Below, piece by piece: positions 26,973 through 36,948 of a stretch of DNA of 64,000 nt (its first letter is position 1; each line of letters starts with the position of its first letter). Both the position numbers and the translations under genes were made by a program. Under the pieces are notes generated by a model that searched no databases, was not told the DNA's origin, and saw nothing but the letters and a program-made list of their open reading frames with translations. The stretch comes from Thermoanaerobaculia bacterium (lineage in GTDB: Bacteria; Acidobacteriota; Thermoanaerobaculia; Multivoradales; UBA5704). The stretch spans positions 3,820 to 67,819 of the forward strand of contig DATFPH010000199.1 of NCBI GenBank assembly GCA_035264905.1, in the 5' to 3' direction.

Positions 26973-28526
26973 GTGGGCAGCATACACGACCTGATCCCGG
27001 ATCTGATAATCTCCGGGCCGCACGCCGTGCTTTCCCGCTTCGCGATACCTCGATGTCCTGGCGCTGTCCTGGCGCTGACCGCCCTGCTGGCGGTGTGGGC
27101 CGATCTCTCGCCGATCCATGGGTTCCACAACAGCGACTCGCTGATCCCGATCCTGATGAGCCTGGACCGGTGGACTCCGTTCTATTGGGAGCAGAACCGG
27201 TTCGGCATGATCGTGCCGCTCCTGGCCCTGCCGGTGCGCGACCCGTTCGCCAATCTCCTGGTGCAGGTGGCGCTGCGGCTGTTCGCGCTCTTCCTCTCGT
27301 TCTTCCTCGTCGCGCGCACGGTGGTGCGGCGCCCCTGGTGGCCGGCCGCGGGAGCCCTGACGCTCGGCCTCTTCCTCGCCGGCAAGGATCTCGCGCAGCA
27401 CAATTTCCAGCAGATGCAGCCCTATTTCCAGGCCATCTCGCTCGCTCTCGGGGGAGTCCTCCTGCTCGACCGGGGGCTCGACCGGCGCCAGTGGAAGGTG
27501 AAGGCGGCGGCCTACGCGCTGTGGGCTCTCGCCTTCTGGGTGGCGCCGGTGATCCTCTTCTGGCTGCTGCCGCTGCTCTGGCTGCGGCGCGTCCTGGGGC
27601 TGCAGCCGGGGACCGCCGGGCCGGGCTTCTGGCCGCGGCGGCAGGACCTGCGGCACGATCCGGCGCTCCTTCCGTTCGCTCTGGCCGGCATCTTCTTCGC
27701 GGTCACGCTCCTCGCCGCGCGCTTCTCCCCGTACGGCGAGGCGACCAACCTGGGCGCCGCGCCTCCCACCCTCTGGCCGCACGCCTGGCGGACCCTGGCG
27801 GGGCGGGTGGGCGAGAGCCTCGGACCGGTCCTGCTGACGGCCCTCGCGGTCCTGCTGGCCGCCGCGTGCTCGCTGCGGTTGAGCCGGCGCGAGGGGCGTC
27901 CGGCGCTGGCCGCCGCGCTCTGCCTGTTGGGGACGGCGGCCGCGGAGCTCCTGATCCTGGGGACGACGGGTTGGGTCTATCAGAACGGATTCCGCATCCG
28001 CTTCCTGGCGATGACGCTCCTGGCCACTGCCATGGCAGGTCCGGTGCTGCTCTTGGGGCTCCTGCTCGAAGGGAGGCCGGAGCGGTGGGGGAGGGTCGCC
28101 AACGTCCTCGCTCTGGCGGCCCTGCTCCCCCTGGCGTTCCTGCGCTATGGCCCGCCGTCGCCGGCCGCGGCGCGCGCGGCGCTCGGCACCGGCCCCGGCG
28201 CCGAGGAGGCGCGGCCGATCGTCGCGGACGGCTGCACCCACGTCCTGGGGGACTACTGGAGGGTCTGGCCGGCGGTCTTCCAGTCGCGGGTGCTGTGGCG
28301 CGACCAGGGAGAGGACCGGAAGGTCTGGGGGATCACGTTCCGCAGCACGCCCACCTGGAACCTCTGGCGGCTGCCGGACTGGCGGGCGGCGCGGATCGCG
28401 GTCCTGGGACCGCCGGAGCGGGCCGAGGCGCTGCGCGCCTTCTACCGCATCCCGCCGTTCGGCGACCCCCGGGGGCCGGTGCGGTGCGCCACCGGACGCC
28501 CCATGGTATCCTTCCGCGACTTTTGA
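26973..28526 (+). CDS. polytopic membrane protein, possible GT-C-type glycosyltransferase
   Basis: About 12 hydrophobic segments and no soluble enzyme motifs recognised. It lies in a GT/MT context and is divergent from the bifunctional GT. The GTG start at 26973 is uncertain. Confidence 0.55.
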   Translation: MGSIHDLIPDLIISGPHAVLSRFAIPRCPGAVLALTALLAVWADLSPIHGFHNSDSLIPILMSLDRWTPFYWEQNRFGMIVPLLALPVRDPFANLLVQVALRLFALFLSFFLVARTVVRRPWWPAAGALTLGLFLAGKDLAQHNFQQMQPYFQAISLALGGVLLLDRGLDRRQWKVKAAAYALWALAFWVAPVILFWLLPLLWLRRVLGLQPGTAGPGFWPRRQDLRHDPALLPFALAGIFFAVTLLAARFSPYGEATNLGAAPPTLWPHAWRTLAGRVGESLGPVLLTALAVLLAAACSLRLSRREGRPALAAALCLLGTAAAELLILGTTGWVYQNGFRIRFLAMTLLATAMAGPVLLLGLLLEGRPERWGRVANVLALAALLPLAFLRYGPPSPAAARAALGTGPGAEEARPIVADGCTHVLGDYWRVWPAVFQSRVLWRDQGEDRKVWGITFRSTPTWNLWRLPDWRAARIAVLGPPERAEALRAFYRIPPFGDPRGPVRCATGRPMVSFRDF

Positions 28527-28541
28527 GGAGCCCGAACCCCG

Positions 28542-29975
28542 TTGAGCGCAGAGGCCACGAACGAGCTCAAGCTGAGCGTCGTCATCCCCGTCTATAACGA
28601 GCGATTTCTCGTCCGGGAGCTCGTCCAGCGCGTGCTGGCCGTGGAGATCCCCGGAGTCCGCGAGATCGAGGTCGTCATCGTCGACGACGGCTCGAAGGAC
28701 GGCACCCGCGAGATCCTGCGCGAGATCGCCGCGGCCCATCCGGAACCCATCCGCTACATCGAGCACGCGAAGAACGGCGGCAAGGGCGCGGCCATCCGCA
28801 CCGGCATCGCCGCCACCACCGGCGACCTGATCGTGTTCCAGGATGCCGACCTGGAGTACGACCCGCGGGACTACGCCCGCCTGGTCCGCCCGTTCCTGGA
28901 GGACGGCGCCGACGTCGTCTATGGCTCGCGGTTCCTGCCCAGCGAGCGCCGCCGCGTCCTCTACCACCGCCATGCCCTGGGCAACCGGTTCCTGACCGCG
29001 CTCAGCAACTGGTTCACCGACCTCGACCTGACGGACATGGAGACCTGCTACAAGATGTTCCGGGCTCCCCTCCTCAAGTCGATCCCCATCCGCTCCAACG
29101 ACTTCGCGATGGAGCCGGAGATCACGGCGAAGATCGCCAAGCGCGAGTGCCGGGTCTTCGAGGTGCCCATCAGCTATCTCGGCCGCACCTACCGCGAAGG
29201 GAAGAAGATCGGCTGGAAGGACGGCTTCAAGGCGCTCCGGGCGATGACCAAGTACTGGCTGATGGACGACGTCTACGCCGAGGACGAATACGGCTCCCAC
29301 ATCCTGCACAGCCTGGAGCGGGCGCAGCGCTTCAACCGCTGGATGGCCGAGTCGATCGCGCCGCACGTCGGCGCCCGCGTCCTGGAGATCGGCGCCGGCA
29401 TCGGCAACATCACGAGCTGGCTCTTGCCGCGCGACTTCTACCTGGCGAGCGACATCAACCCGCACTACCTCCACTACCTCCGCAACTTCGCCCTGGGCAA
29501 GCCCTATCTGCAGGTGGACCGCATCGACCTGGAAGATCCGGCGTGCTTCGCGCCCTGGCAGGGCCGGTTCGACACCGTGGTCTGCCTGAACGTGCTGGAG
29601 CACGTGCGCGACCCCGTCCTCTCGCTGCGCAACATGGCGAGCGCGCTCGAGCCCGGGGGGCGGCTGGTGCTCTACGTGCCGCAGGGGCAGCAGCTCTACT
29701 CGTCGCTCGACGACGTCCTGGGCCACCGCTGCCGCTACAGCCGGGAGATGCTGGCCGAGGAGCTGCGCGCGACCGGCTTCGAGCTCGAGTCCTTCCGCGA
29801 CTTCAACCACTTCGCCATCCCCGGCTGGTGGCTGAACGGCAGGCTCCTGAAGCGGCGGCACTTCAGCCGCTCGCAGCTCAAGATCTTCAACATCCTGGTG
29901 CCGGCCATCCGGCGCCTCGATCCCTACGTGCCCGGCCGCGGGCTCGGGCTCATCGCGGTGGCGCGGAAGAGCTGA
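28542..29975 (+). CDS. GT2 glycosyltransferase - class I SAM methyltransferase fusion
   Basis: N-terminus: LSVVIPVYNE...IVDDGSKDGT...FQDADLEYDP. A TM-like linker follows. C-terminus: RVLEIGAGIGNIT...VVCLNVLEHV...LEPGGRLVLYVP. TTG start. The 3' end overlaps the convergent gene by 26 nt. Confidence 0.85.
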   Translation: MSAEATNELKLSVVIPVYNERFLVRELVQRVLAVEIPGVREIEVVIVDDGSKDGTREILREIAAAHPEPIRYIEHAKNGGKGAAIRTGIAATTGDLIVFQDADLEYDPRDYARLVRPFLEDGADVVYGSRFLPSERRRVLYHRHALGNRFLTALSNWFTDLDLTDMETCYKMFRAPLLKSIPIRSNDFAMEPEITAKIAKRECRVFEVPISYLGRTYREGKKIGWKDGFKALRAMTKYWLMDDVYAEDEYGSHILHSLERAQRFNRWMAESIAPHVGARVLEIGAGIGNITSWLLPRDFYLASDINPHYLHYLRNFALGKPYLQVDRIDLEDPACFAPWQGRFDTVVCLNVLEHVRDPVLSLRNMASALEPGGRLVLYVPQGQQLYSSLDDVLGHRCRYSREMLAEELRATGFELESFRDFNHFAIPGWWLNGRLLKRRHFSRSQLKIFNILVPAIRRLDPYVPGRGLGLIAVARKS

Positions 29976-30690
29976 CCCCCAGCCAGCGCCGCCGCAGCGC
30001 CCACAGATACCACCGCAGGTAGAGCGGCAGCCAGGCGAACAGCCGGAAGCGGCTCTCGCCGGCCGTGCGCTCCCGCCAGGTGGCCGGAATCTCCTCGACG
30101 CGGCGGCCGGAGAAGTGGGCCTTGACCGTCAGCTCGAGGCCCAGGCTGAACCCGGCCGTGCTCTCGATCGGCGTGCGGTCCACGAAATCCTTCCGATAGG
30201 CCTTGAAGCTGTTCGTGGGGTCGCGCGTCGGCACCCCCGCGAGCCAGTGCAGAGAGAGGCCCGCGGTCCGGCTGAACAGTCCCTTGAGCCAGGGGCCGCC
30301 GATCTGCCGCCCGCCGGGCATGTAGCGGCTGGCGCAGACCACCGCGGCCCCGGCCTCGGCGCGCGCGACCATCTCCTCGACGATCCGGTAGTCGTCCGAC
30401 AGGTCGACCATGGTGACGATCACCACGGGCGCGGCCGCGGCGCGCAGGCCCGCCTCGATGGCGTAGCGCACTCCGCGGCCGAGGTTGTTGTGCACCAGCC
30501 GGACGGTCGCGGGCTTCTGCCCGGCCGGCAGCGCGGCGAGAGCGGGGAGAGTCCGGTCCTCCTCCATGTCGTAGCAGACGAGGAGCTCGTAGCCCGGCGG
30601 GAAGGACTCGCGGACGGCGCGGCAGAACGGTCCGATGGTGTCCGCCTCGTGGAAGACCGGCACGACCACCGAGTAGCGGAGGCTGCTCAT
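29950..30690 (-). CDS. GT2 polyprenyl-phosphate glycosyltransferase (DPM1-like)
   Basis: YSVVVPVFHEADTI...VTMVDLSDDY...TNSFKAYRK. ATGA overlap with the upstream methyltransferase stop (30687-30690). Confidence 0.8.
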   Translation of the reverse strand: MSSLRYSVVVPVFHEADTIGPFCRAVRESFPPGYELLVCYDMEEDRTLPALAALPAGQKPATVRLVHNNLGRGVRYAIEAGLRAAAAPVVIVTMVDLSDDYRIVEEMVARAEAGAAVVCASRYMPGGRQIGGPWLKGLFSRTAGLSLHWLAGVPTRDPTNSFKAYRKDFVDRTPIESTAGFSLGLELTVKAHFSGRRVEEIPATWRERTAGESRFRLFAWLPLYLRWYLWALRRRWLGVSSSAPPR

Positions 30691-31430
30691 TCCGGCTTGC
30701 GCCCCCAGGTCACCACGAAGGTGCCGAAGAAGCGGCCCAGGCCGCTCTTCTCCCACAGCCAATCGGCGCGGTTGTAAAGCCCGAGGAGAGTATCGAGCCC
30801 GCGGGGCGCCACCTTCCGGTAGGGGATGTCCGACTGGCAGCGCTGGCCGATCGCCGCGAAGCCCGCGTCCGCGAAGTCGCGCCGCAAGGCGGAGGGCAGG
30901 AGCGGCTGCTCGTCGGGGCTCACCCCCTGGGCCGAGTAGAGGGGGCTTCCCGGATGGCGGAACAGGAGCATCGCGGGGTGGAGGAGGTTGGGATCGAAGG
31001 CGAAGGCCCAGCCGCCGGGAGAGAGCACCCGCCGCGCCTCGGCCAGCGCCGCTCCGCGGTGGCCGATGTGATGGAGCACGCTGCTGAAAGCCACCACGTC
31101 GAAGCTCCCGTCGCGGAACGGGAGGCGGAGCGCGTCCGCCTGCATCCACGACGACGCGCCGAAGCGGCCGGCCGCCCGGCGGAGCGCGCCGAGCGACAGG
31201 TCGATCCCCACGTAGAGGCCGGCCCGCTCGCGGTAGATGCGCAGCGACTGGCCGGTGCCGCACCCCACGTCGAGGATCCGCAGACCCGGAGCGCCCGGCA
31301 CCGCGGCGGCGAAGCGGCGGGCGAGAGTCCGCCAGCCGCGGTCCGTGAACGGGTTGAAATCCCCCCCTTCCTGGACCAGCCGGTCGAACACCTCGCCATC
31401 GCGGGAAGGGAGAGCCGTCCTTGCGGGCAT
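30687..31430 (-). CDS. class I SAM-dependent methyltransferase
   Basis: LRILDVGCGTGQSL, DGSFDVVAFSSVLHHI and LSPGGWAFAFDP. Confidence 0.85.
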   Translation of the reverse strand: MPARTALPSRDGEVFDRLVQEGGDFNPFTDRGWRTLARRFAAAVPGAPGLRILDVGCGTGQSLRIYRERAGLYVGIDLSLGALRRAAGRFGASSWMQADALRLPFRDGSFDVVAFSSVLHHIGHRGAALAEARRVLSPGGWAFAFDPNLLHPAMLLFRHPGSPLYSAQGVSPDEQPLLPSALRRDFADAGFAAIGQRCQSDIPYRKVAPRGLDTLLGLYNRADWLWEKSGLGRFFGTFVVTWGRKPE

Positions 31431-31454
31431 GGACGGCTAATCTAGCCGAGTCGC

Positions 31455-33383
31455 TTGAAACCTGCAAAGATCACGGCGATGATTCCACAGCGGTCCCCCG
31501 TCATCGTGGCGGGTATGCATCGGTCGGGGACCTCCCTCGTCGCTTCGATCCTCGCGGCCTCCGGCGTGGACATGGGCGATCGGCTGCTCGCCGCCGACCG
31601 GAACAATCCGCGGGGCTATTTCGAGGACCTGGAGATTCTCCACCTGCAACAGGAGATGCTCCACGAGGCGACCGTTCCAGACGACGGGGGGCACCGCGAC
31701 TGGGGATGGACGGAGAGCGAGCGGCTGGACCGCGGCCGCTTCGCGGCCTTTACCGCGCGTGCCCGGGCTCTGGTTGCCGCAAAGAGCGCCGGGCCGGCCG
31801 GCTTCTGGGGGTGGAAGGAGCCGCGCACGTCGCTGGCGCTCGATTTCTGGGACGCTCTCCTCGACGATGCCCGGTACGTGCTCGTCTACCGGTTCCCCTG
31901 GGAGGTCGCGGATTCGATGCAGCGCCTGGGCGCCGAGGTCTTCCTCCGGCGGCCGGACTACGCCTACCGGATCTGGGCTTTCTACAACCGGGAGCTCCTC
32001 GACTTTTACCGGCGCCACAGCGACCGCTGCCTCTTGCTCAGCACGGATGCCTTGCAGAATGAGCCCGAGAGCTGGATCGACCTGCTGCGCCGCCGCCTGG
32101 GGCTGGACTCCGCCGGAGCACAGGCCGCGGAGCTCCTGGCTCCGGCGCTCTTCCAGCGGGCCGACCCGGACGACCCGCTGGGTCCCCTGGCGGCGGCGAC
32201 CCATCCCGACTGCGCGGAGATCCTCGCCGATCTCGATCGGCTCGCCGACGTCTCGAGTGAAGGCCTGTGGCCCGCCGGCCGCCCGGCCCGGTACAGAGAG
32301 CCTGCCGAGGCCCGCGTTTCGGTCGTCATCCCGTGCTTCGACCAGGGGGAATTCCTGGTCGAGGCGGTGGCCAGCGTCGAGCGCAGCGTGCCAGAGCCCC
32401 ACGAGCTGATCATCGTCAACGACGGCTCCTGCGAGCCACGCACGCTGGAGATTCTGGAGGTGCTGCGGGGAGCCGGCTATCGGGTCGTTGACCAGGAGAA
32501 CCGTGGCCTCTCCGCCGCCAGGAACCGCGGAATCGAGCAAGCCCGTTCCCTGTATGTCCTTCCGCTCGATGCGGACAACCGGCTGCGGCCGGGGTTCGTC
32601 GGACCCGCGTTGGAGATCCTCGACCTTCAGGCCGAGGTCGGGGTCGTCTACGGCGACCGCCGCGATTTCGGCCTCCGCTCCGCTACGGTGCACGTCGGCC
32701 CGTTCGATCTGGAGGCCCTGCTCGCGTCCAACTTTATCGATGCTTGCGCTGTGCTACGCAAGGAAGTCTGGAGTGCCTGTGGTGGCTACGACCTTCATAT
32801 GCCCGTACCGGTGCTCGAGGACTGGGAGTTCTGGCTTGGGGTGGCCGAGCGAGGCTGGCGTTTCCACTACCTGCCGATCGAGGCCCAGGACTACCGCGTC
32901 CGCCCAGGCTCGATGGTCACGCTCGCCGCCGACGAGGCGGCGCGCCGCCGCGTGGAGCGCTACGTCGTCGCCAAGCACGAGGAGCTTTATCGCCGGCGCC
33001 TCCCCGACCTCCTCGTCGTGGCGCAACATTCGGCGACCCGGCTCCTGCACTCCACGATTGAGATCGAGCGCTTGCGGGCGGAAAACGCGGCCGCAGCCGC
33101 CCTGCGACAGGCCGAATCGGCCCGCCTGGAGACCCTGGTGGCGGAACGCGCGGATTGGATGGCCGCGCGGGACACCCTGGCGGGCGAGCGAGAGCAACTG
33201 CTCCAAGAGATCGACGTGCTACGCAATGAGCAAAGGAGATGGGAGGCGGAACGCGAGAGCTTTCGCCGGGAGCTGAAAGCCTGGCAGGAGCGGGTCGCCT
33301 CTATGGAGGGTACCCGCGCCTGGCGCCTGCGTCAGAGGCTCGTCGAGCTCAAACGCGCCCTGCGCGGAGCTTCAATCGTATAA
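31455..33383 (+). CDS. sulfotransferase - GT2 glycosyltransferase - coiled-coil fusion protein
   Basis: N-terminus: VIVAGMHRSGTSL (5'-PSB P-loop) and YVLVYRFPWEVADS (3'-PB-like RxPxxxxxS). Middle: VSVVIPCFDQGEF...IVNDGSCEP...LPLDADNRL (GT2). The last ~130 aa are heptad-rich (IEIERLRAENAAAAALRQAESARLETLVAE...LKAWQERVASMEG). The start is TTG 31455 or ATG 31479. Confidence 0.8.
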   Translation: MKPAKITAMIPQRSPVIVAGMHRSGTSLVASILAASGVDMGDRLLAADRNNPRGYFEDLEILHLQQEMLHEATVPDDGGHRDWGWTESERLDRGRFAAFTARARALVAAKSAGPAGFWGWKEPRTSLALDFWDALLDDARYVLVYRFPWEVADSMQRLGAEVFLRRPDYAYRIWAFYNRELLDFYRRHSDRCLLLSTDALQNEPESWIDLLRRRLGLDSAGAQAAELLAPALFQRADPDDPLGPLAAATHPDCAEILADLDRLADVSSEGLWPAGRPARYREPAEARVSVVIPCFDQGEFLVEAVASVERSVPEPHELIIVNDGSCEPRTLEILEVLRGAGYRVVDQENRGLSAARNRGIEQARSLYVLPLDADNRLRPGFVGPALEILDLQAEVGVVYGDRRDFGLRSATVHVGPFDLEALLASNFIDACAVLRKEVWSACGGYDLHMPVPVLEDWEFWLGVAERGWRFHYLPIEAQDYRVRPGSMVTLAADEAARRRVERYVVAKHEELYRRRLPDLLVVAQHSATRLLHSTIEIERLRAENAAAAALRQAESARLETLVAERADWMAARDTLAGEREQLLQEIDVLRNEQRRWEAERESFRRELKAWQERVASMEGTRAWRLRQRLVELKRALRGASIV

Positions 33384-33384
33384 G

Positions 33385-34356
33385 ATGCGCGGGCGTCCAA
33401 TGCGGTCCCTACGTCGTCGCCCCACACTCGAAGTCCACATCCCGGTGAGCCCCACCCGGACGTTTCTCAACATGGCCCACTACCTCACGCGGTCGCTCCG
33501 CGTCCACGGGGGCGGCTACCGCGACGCGCCGGTCGTCTTGACCGTCGGAGCCGAACAGCGCGATCCTGACCTCGCCCGCAACCATCCCTGGATGACCGAC
33601 AACGGCGTGGAGGTCCGCTGGGTCAACGAGGCGCTCTTCGCGCGCGAAAGCTGGTACGCCACGGCGTGCGAGCGCTTCCGCTACGAGCCCGCGAGCGATG
33701 TGGTGCTGGCGCTGGACGCCGATACCTTGATCGCCGGTCCGCTCGATGAGCTGGTCGACGAGGCGCATCGGACGGGAGCGGTGTGCGGCGTCGTGGCGCA
33801 CGTGCCGCCGTTCTCCCGGCGCGAGCAGTGGCAGGAGCTCTATCGTTCCTGTGGCTTGGGCGAGTTGGAGACCCCTTGTGAGCACACCGGCTGGGGCTAC
33901 ATGTTCCAGGACGAGTCGCTGCGCCGTTGCCCGCCGTATTTCAACCTCGGCGTGTTGGCTGCCCCGGCTGCGGTGATGCGGAGCATCGGCAGCGCCATCT
34001 ATGAGCTGATGGCAGCCGTAGACGCCGTCCACCGGACGATCTACCGCGTCCAGCTGGCGGTCTCTCTGGCGGTGACCCGGTTCGGCCTGCCCTTCAGCGC
34101 CTTGCCCTTTCGCTGGAACTTCGCCAACGATCCCCTGCTCGAGGCACTCCACGCCGACGAGCTCGGCGACGTCCGCATCATCCATCTGTTGCGCAAGCAT
34201 CAGATCCATAAGGACGAGCTCTACGCCAGCCTGGACAACGTCGAGGCGATGCTCGCCCGCACCGATCTGCGGGTGATCAACGCACTCGCTCAACAGTTGC
34301 TCGGTGAGCTCCACCCGCGCGTCAAGGCCGAGGACGCCGCGCGGGCCTGCGCATGA
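33385..34356 (+). CDS. putative GT-A-fold glycosyltransferase (GT8-like, family unassigned)
   Basis: VVLALDADTLI is a DxD-type motif in a Rossmann-like context, within a GT operon. No precise family recognised. Confidence 0.5.
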   Translation: MRGRPMRSLRRRPTLEVHIPVSPTRTFLNMAHYLTRSLRVHGGGYRDAPVVLTVGAEQRDPDLARNHPWMTDNGVEVRWVNEALFARESWYATACERFRYEPASDVVLALDADTLIAGPLDELVDEAHRTGAVCGVVAHVPPFSRREQWQELYRSCGLGELETPCEHTGWGYMFQDESLRRCPPYFNLGVLAAPAAVMRSIGSAIYELMAAVDAVHRTIYRVQLAVSLAVTRFGLPFSALPFRWNFANDPLLEALHADELGDVRIIHLLRKHQIHKDELYASLDNVEAMLARTDLRVINALAQQLLGELHPRVKAEDAARACA

Positions 34357-35396
34357 TCGCCTTCGTCGAGCCCAAGAAGCCGGATTACGAGAAGATCCGG
34401 GAGCTGCTGGCGCGCAGCGAAGCGAGCGGCCTGTGGTCGAACTTCGGCCCGGTGTCGCTGCAGCTTGAAGAGACCGTGGCGGAGATTCTTTCCGTGCCAC
34501 ATGGCCGCCGGGTGATCGCCTGCGCCAATGGTACCGTGGCACTCCATGGCCTCGTTCAGCTCTACGAGCACCTCGCGGGGCGCCCACTGCGCTGGGTCGT
34601 CTCGGCCTTTACCTTCTACGCGCAGCGGCAGGGTCCGCTCGCCGCCGCGCAAGTCCTCGACTGCGACACGCAGGGATTCCTCGATCCCGAAGCGCTCGCC
34701 GCCCTGCCCACCGAGTCGTACGACGGGATCGTGGTGACCAACCTGTTCGGGACGGCGTCCCATGTCGAGCTCTACGAGGAGCTCGCGGCGCGCGCCGGCA
34801 AGATCCTCCTCGTCGACTCGGCCACCTGCTTCGGCTCGAGCTACCACGGCAGGTCTTTCGGCAGTCTCGGTGCGGGGGAGCTCTTCAGCTTCCATCACAC
34901 CAAGCCTTGCGGTTTCGGCGAGGGAGGGTGCGCCGTGGTGCCCGCCGAGTTCGAAGACACTCTTCGCTCGCTGATCAATTTCGGGCTCTACAAGGGGATC
35001 GACACCGGCGCGCGGTCGAGCAACGGAAAGATGTCCGATGTGGCCGCCGCCTTCGTCCTCGATCGGCTGCGTCGCCTCGAGGCGATCCGCGCGGCCCACC
35101 TGAAGCAGTTCCGGCGCCTGGCCGGCATCGCCCGTGACCTGGGTCTGGCGACTCTCGTGGATGGTGAGAGCGAGGGGTCGTTTCCGAACCTGGTGCCGGT
35201 CCTCTTCTCCCGTCCGGTCGGGCTCGAGCGGCTGGCTGGCGGCCCACTGGTCGTTCACAAGTACTACAAGCCGGTGGCATCCCGGCCGCAAGCCGACGCG
35301 CTCTACGCCCACGTGGTGTGCTTCCCATGCCACGAGGGCGTGGCACAGGTCTCGGACGACGAGTTGCGCGCGGCCCTCGCTGCGCTGGCGCGCTAG
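34353..35396 (+). CDS. DegT/DnrJ/EryC1/StrS-family PLP-dependent sugar aminotransferase
   Basis: NGTVALHGL, DSATCFGS and SFHHTKPCGFGEGG (PLP lysine region). ATGA overlap with the upstream gene. Confidence 0.85.
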   Translation: MIAFVEPKKPDYEKIRELLARSEASGLWSNFGPVSLQLEETVAEILSVPHGRRVIACANGTVALHGLVQLYEHLAGRPLRWVVSAFTFYAQRQGPLAAAQVLDCDTQGFLDPEALAALPTESYDGIVVTNLFGTASHVELYEELAARAGKILLVDSATCFGSSYHGRSFGSLGAGELFSFHHTKPCGFGEGGCAVVPAEFEDTLRSLINFGLYKGIDTGARSSNGKMSDVAAAFVLDRLRRLEAIRAAHLKQFRRLAGIARDLGLATLVDGESEGSFPNLVPVLFSRPVGLERLAGGPLVVHKYYKPVASRPQADALYAHVVCFPCHEGVAQVSDDELRAALAALAR

Positions 35397-35409
35397 CGGA
35401 GGCGTGAGC

Positions 35410-35973
35410 ATGGGGACCCTTTCTTCCGACCAGATCGCCCAGCTAGGTCTCGCCGCCGTGGGCACCGGCGTCGCGATCAGTGATCGCTGCTCGATCTACG
35501 GCGCCGCCTCGATCAGCATCGGAGACCACGTACGCATCGACGACTTCGCCATCCTCACCGCGCGCCAGCCCGTGGTCATCGGCTCCTACGTCCACATCTC
35601 CGCGTTCGCCTTTCTGAGCGGCCCGTTCGGCATCGTCATCGAAGACTGCGTCAACGTCTCGCCTCGCGCGACGCTGCTGTCAGGAAACGACGACTTCTCG
35701 GGCCAATGGCTTCCCGGCTCGCTAATTCCGGAGGAGCTGCGCCATGTGCAGGGAGGCTGTATCCACCTCGGGAGGCACAGCATGGTGGGGGCTCACAGCG
35801 TCGTCCTCCCTGGGGTAAGCTTCGGAGAAGGGGCCGTCGTCGGCGCCCTCTCGCTGGTCAAAGAGCCGCTCGCTCCGTGGGGAATCTACGGCGGGGTTCC
35901 CGCGCGACTGATCAGGCTGCGCAACCGGAACGTAGAAGAACTTGCGGCCCGCCTCACTGCAGGAGCGCCTTAG
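35410..35973 (+). CDS. hexapeptide-repeat (left-handed beta-helix) sugar acetyltransferase
   Basis: Repeated [LIV]-G-x4 hexapeptides (ISIGDHVRIDDFAIL, IGSYVHISAFAFL, LGRHSMVGAHSVVLPGVSFGEGAVVGA). ATG 35410 was chosen, and the track extension back to 35134 is rejected. Confidence 0.85.
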   Translation: MGTLSSDQIAQLGLAAVGTGVAISDRCSIYGAASISIGDHVRIDDFAILTARQPVVIGSYVHISAFAFLSGPFGIVIEDCVNVSPRATLLSGNDDFSGQWLPGSLIPEELRHVQGGCIHLGRHSMVGAHSVVLPGVSFGEGAVVGALSLVKEPLAPWGIYGGVPARLIRLRNRNVEELAARLTAGAP

Positions 35974-36027
35974 AGCCGATTCCCTCCCGGCACTTTTCAG
36001 GGCCAGGAGGGAAGGCGAGAAACATCC

Positions 36028-36948
36028 CTACTGATTGGCGGGGACGATGTTAATCACGGAGACAGATTGGTCGATGTGGTTGTTCCCGAACGACGAGCAG
36101 GCGCCTGCTGTTACAGTATTTGGTTGTGTGTGGCCTGTGATGCTCAGGTTATCCATGCGGACCGTCGTGCCAGCCGCACAGACAACCCCGTTGCCATTGC
36201 TGGCCGACACGCTGTCCGTAAGGTTCAGGACCGCAGGAGTGAGAGCAGCCGAGAAGCCGGCGGCAAAGTTGCCCGCGGCGACACTGTTGCTCACCGAGGC
36301 AGTCGTAGAGCCCTGCACCTTGAAACCGAAATTGTTGTTTTCCAGCCGGACGTTATCGAGCGAAGCTTTCACGGCGACGCCTGCACCCGAGGGATTGATG
36401 AGGATGGCACCACCCGTATTCTGACCGTTATTGCGGATGATCGTATCCTTGATGAAAACCTGGGTGGTGCCCGCTACGGTCGTCGCGATCTCGATACCCG
36501 AACTGTTAGCCCCGCGGAAATTATTGATGGTGCACTTCTCGACGTGGAGAGATCCAAGACCGCCGAGCACCTTGATCCCGACCAGGCCAGTCCCGAGCCC
36601 TTCGATGTCAAGGCCGCGCAGCACCACGTTGCTGGTCGTCGTCGCGTTGATAATGATGGCGTTCGTGCCGGACACCAAGACGCCGGCCTCGAAGCCTTCG
36701 CTGGAGATGGTGATCGACTTGTTGATCGTCACCCCGCCGAAGCCGCCGGGATCGAGGACGTTGATCTCGCCGGCGGTGGCGGTCTTCGAGATCGCGCCTG
36801 CGAAGGTCTTGCAGGGCGCCGTGCGGCTGCACGGGTTGGCGTCATCGCCCACCCCCGAGACCCAGGTGCGCGTCGCCTGCGCGTGGGCAGAGGACGAGAC
36901 GAGACAGAATAGGACGGAGGCTGTTAGTGAAAGCGTAATCTTTCTCAT
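36028..36948 (-). CDS. secreted right-handed parallel beta-helix protein (possible glycan lyase/hydrolase)
   Basis: ATG 36948 with AAGGAGAG upstream. Signal peptide MRKITLSLTASVLFCLVSSSAHA. N/G/T/S/V-rich ~22-aa turns (VLRGLDIEG, IKDTIIRNN, LDNVRLENN). G+C is visibly lower than in the neighbouring genes. Confidence 0.7.
   Translation of the reverse strand: MRKITLSLTASVLFCLVSSSAHAQATRTWVSGVGDDANPCSRTAPCKTFAGAISKTATAGEINVLDPGGFGGVTINKSITISSEGFEAGVLVSGTNAIIINATTTSNVVLRGLDIEGLGTGLVGIKVLGGLGSLHVEKCTINNFRGANSSGIEIATTVAGTTQVFIKDTIIRNNGQNTGGAILINPSGAGVAVKASLDNVRLENNNFGFKVQGSTTASVSNSVAAGNFAAGFSAALTPAVLNLTDSVSASNGNGVVCAAGTTVRMDNLSITGHTQPNTVTAGACSSFGNNHIDQSVSVINIVPANQ

Noticed and set aside
24085-29861. 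ORFs 24085..26433 (-), 24309..26009 (+), 26948..28597 (+) and 26964..29861 (-, 965 aa).
   Set aside because: Alternate or antisense frames of the bifunctional GT, the polytopic membrane protein and the GT2-MT fusion. Their composition is Arg/Pro/Gly-dominated.
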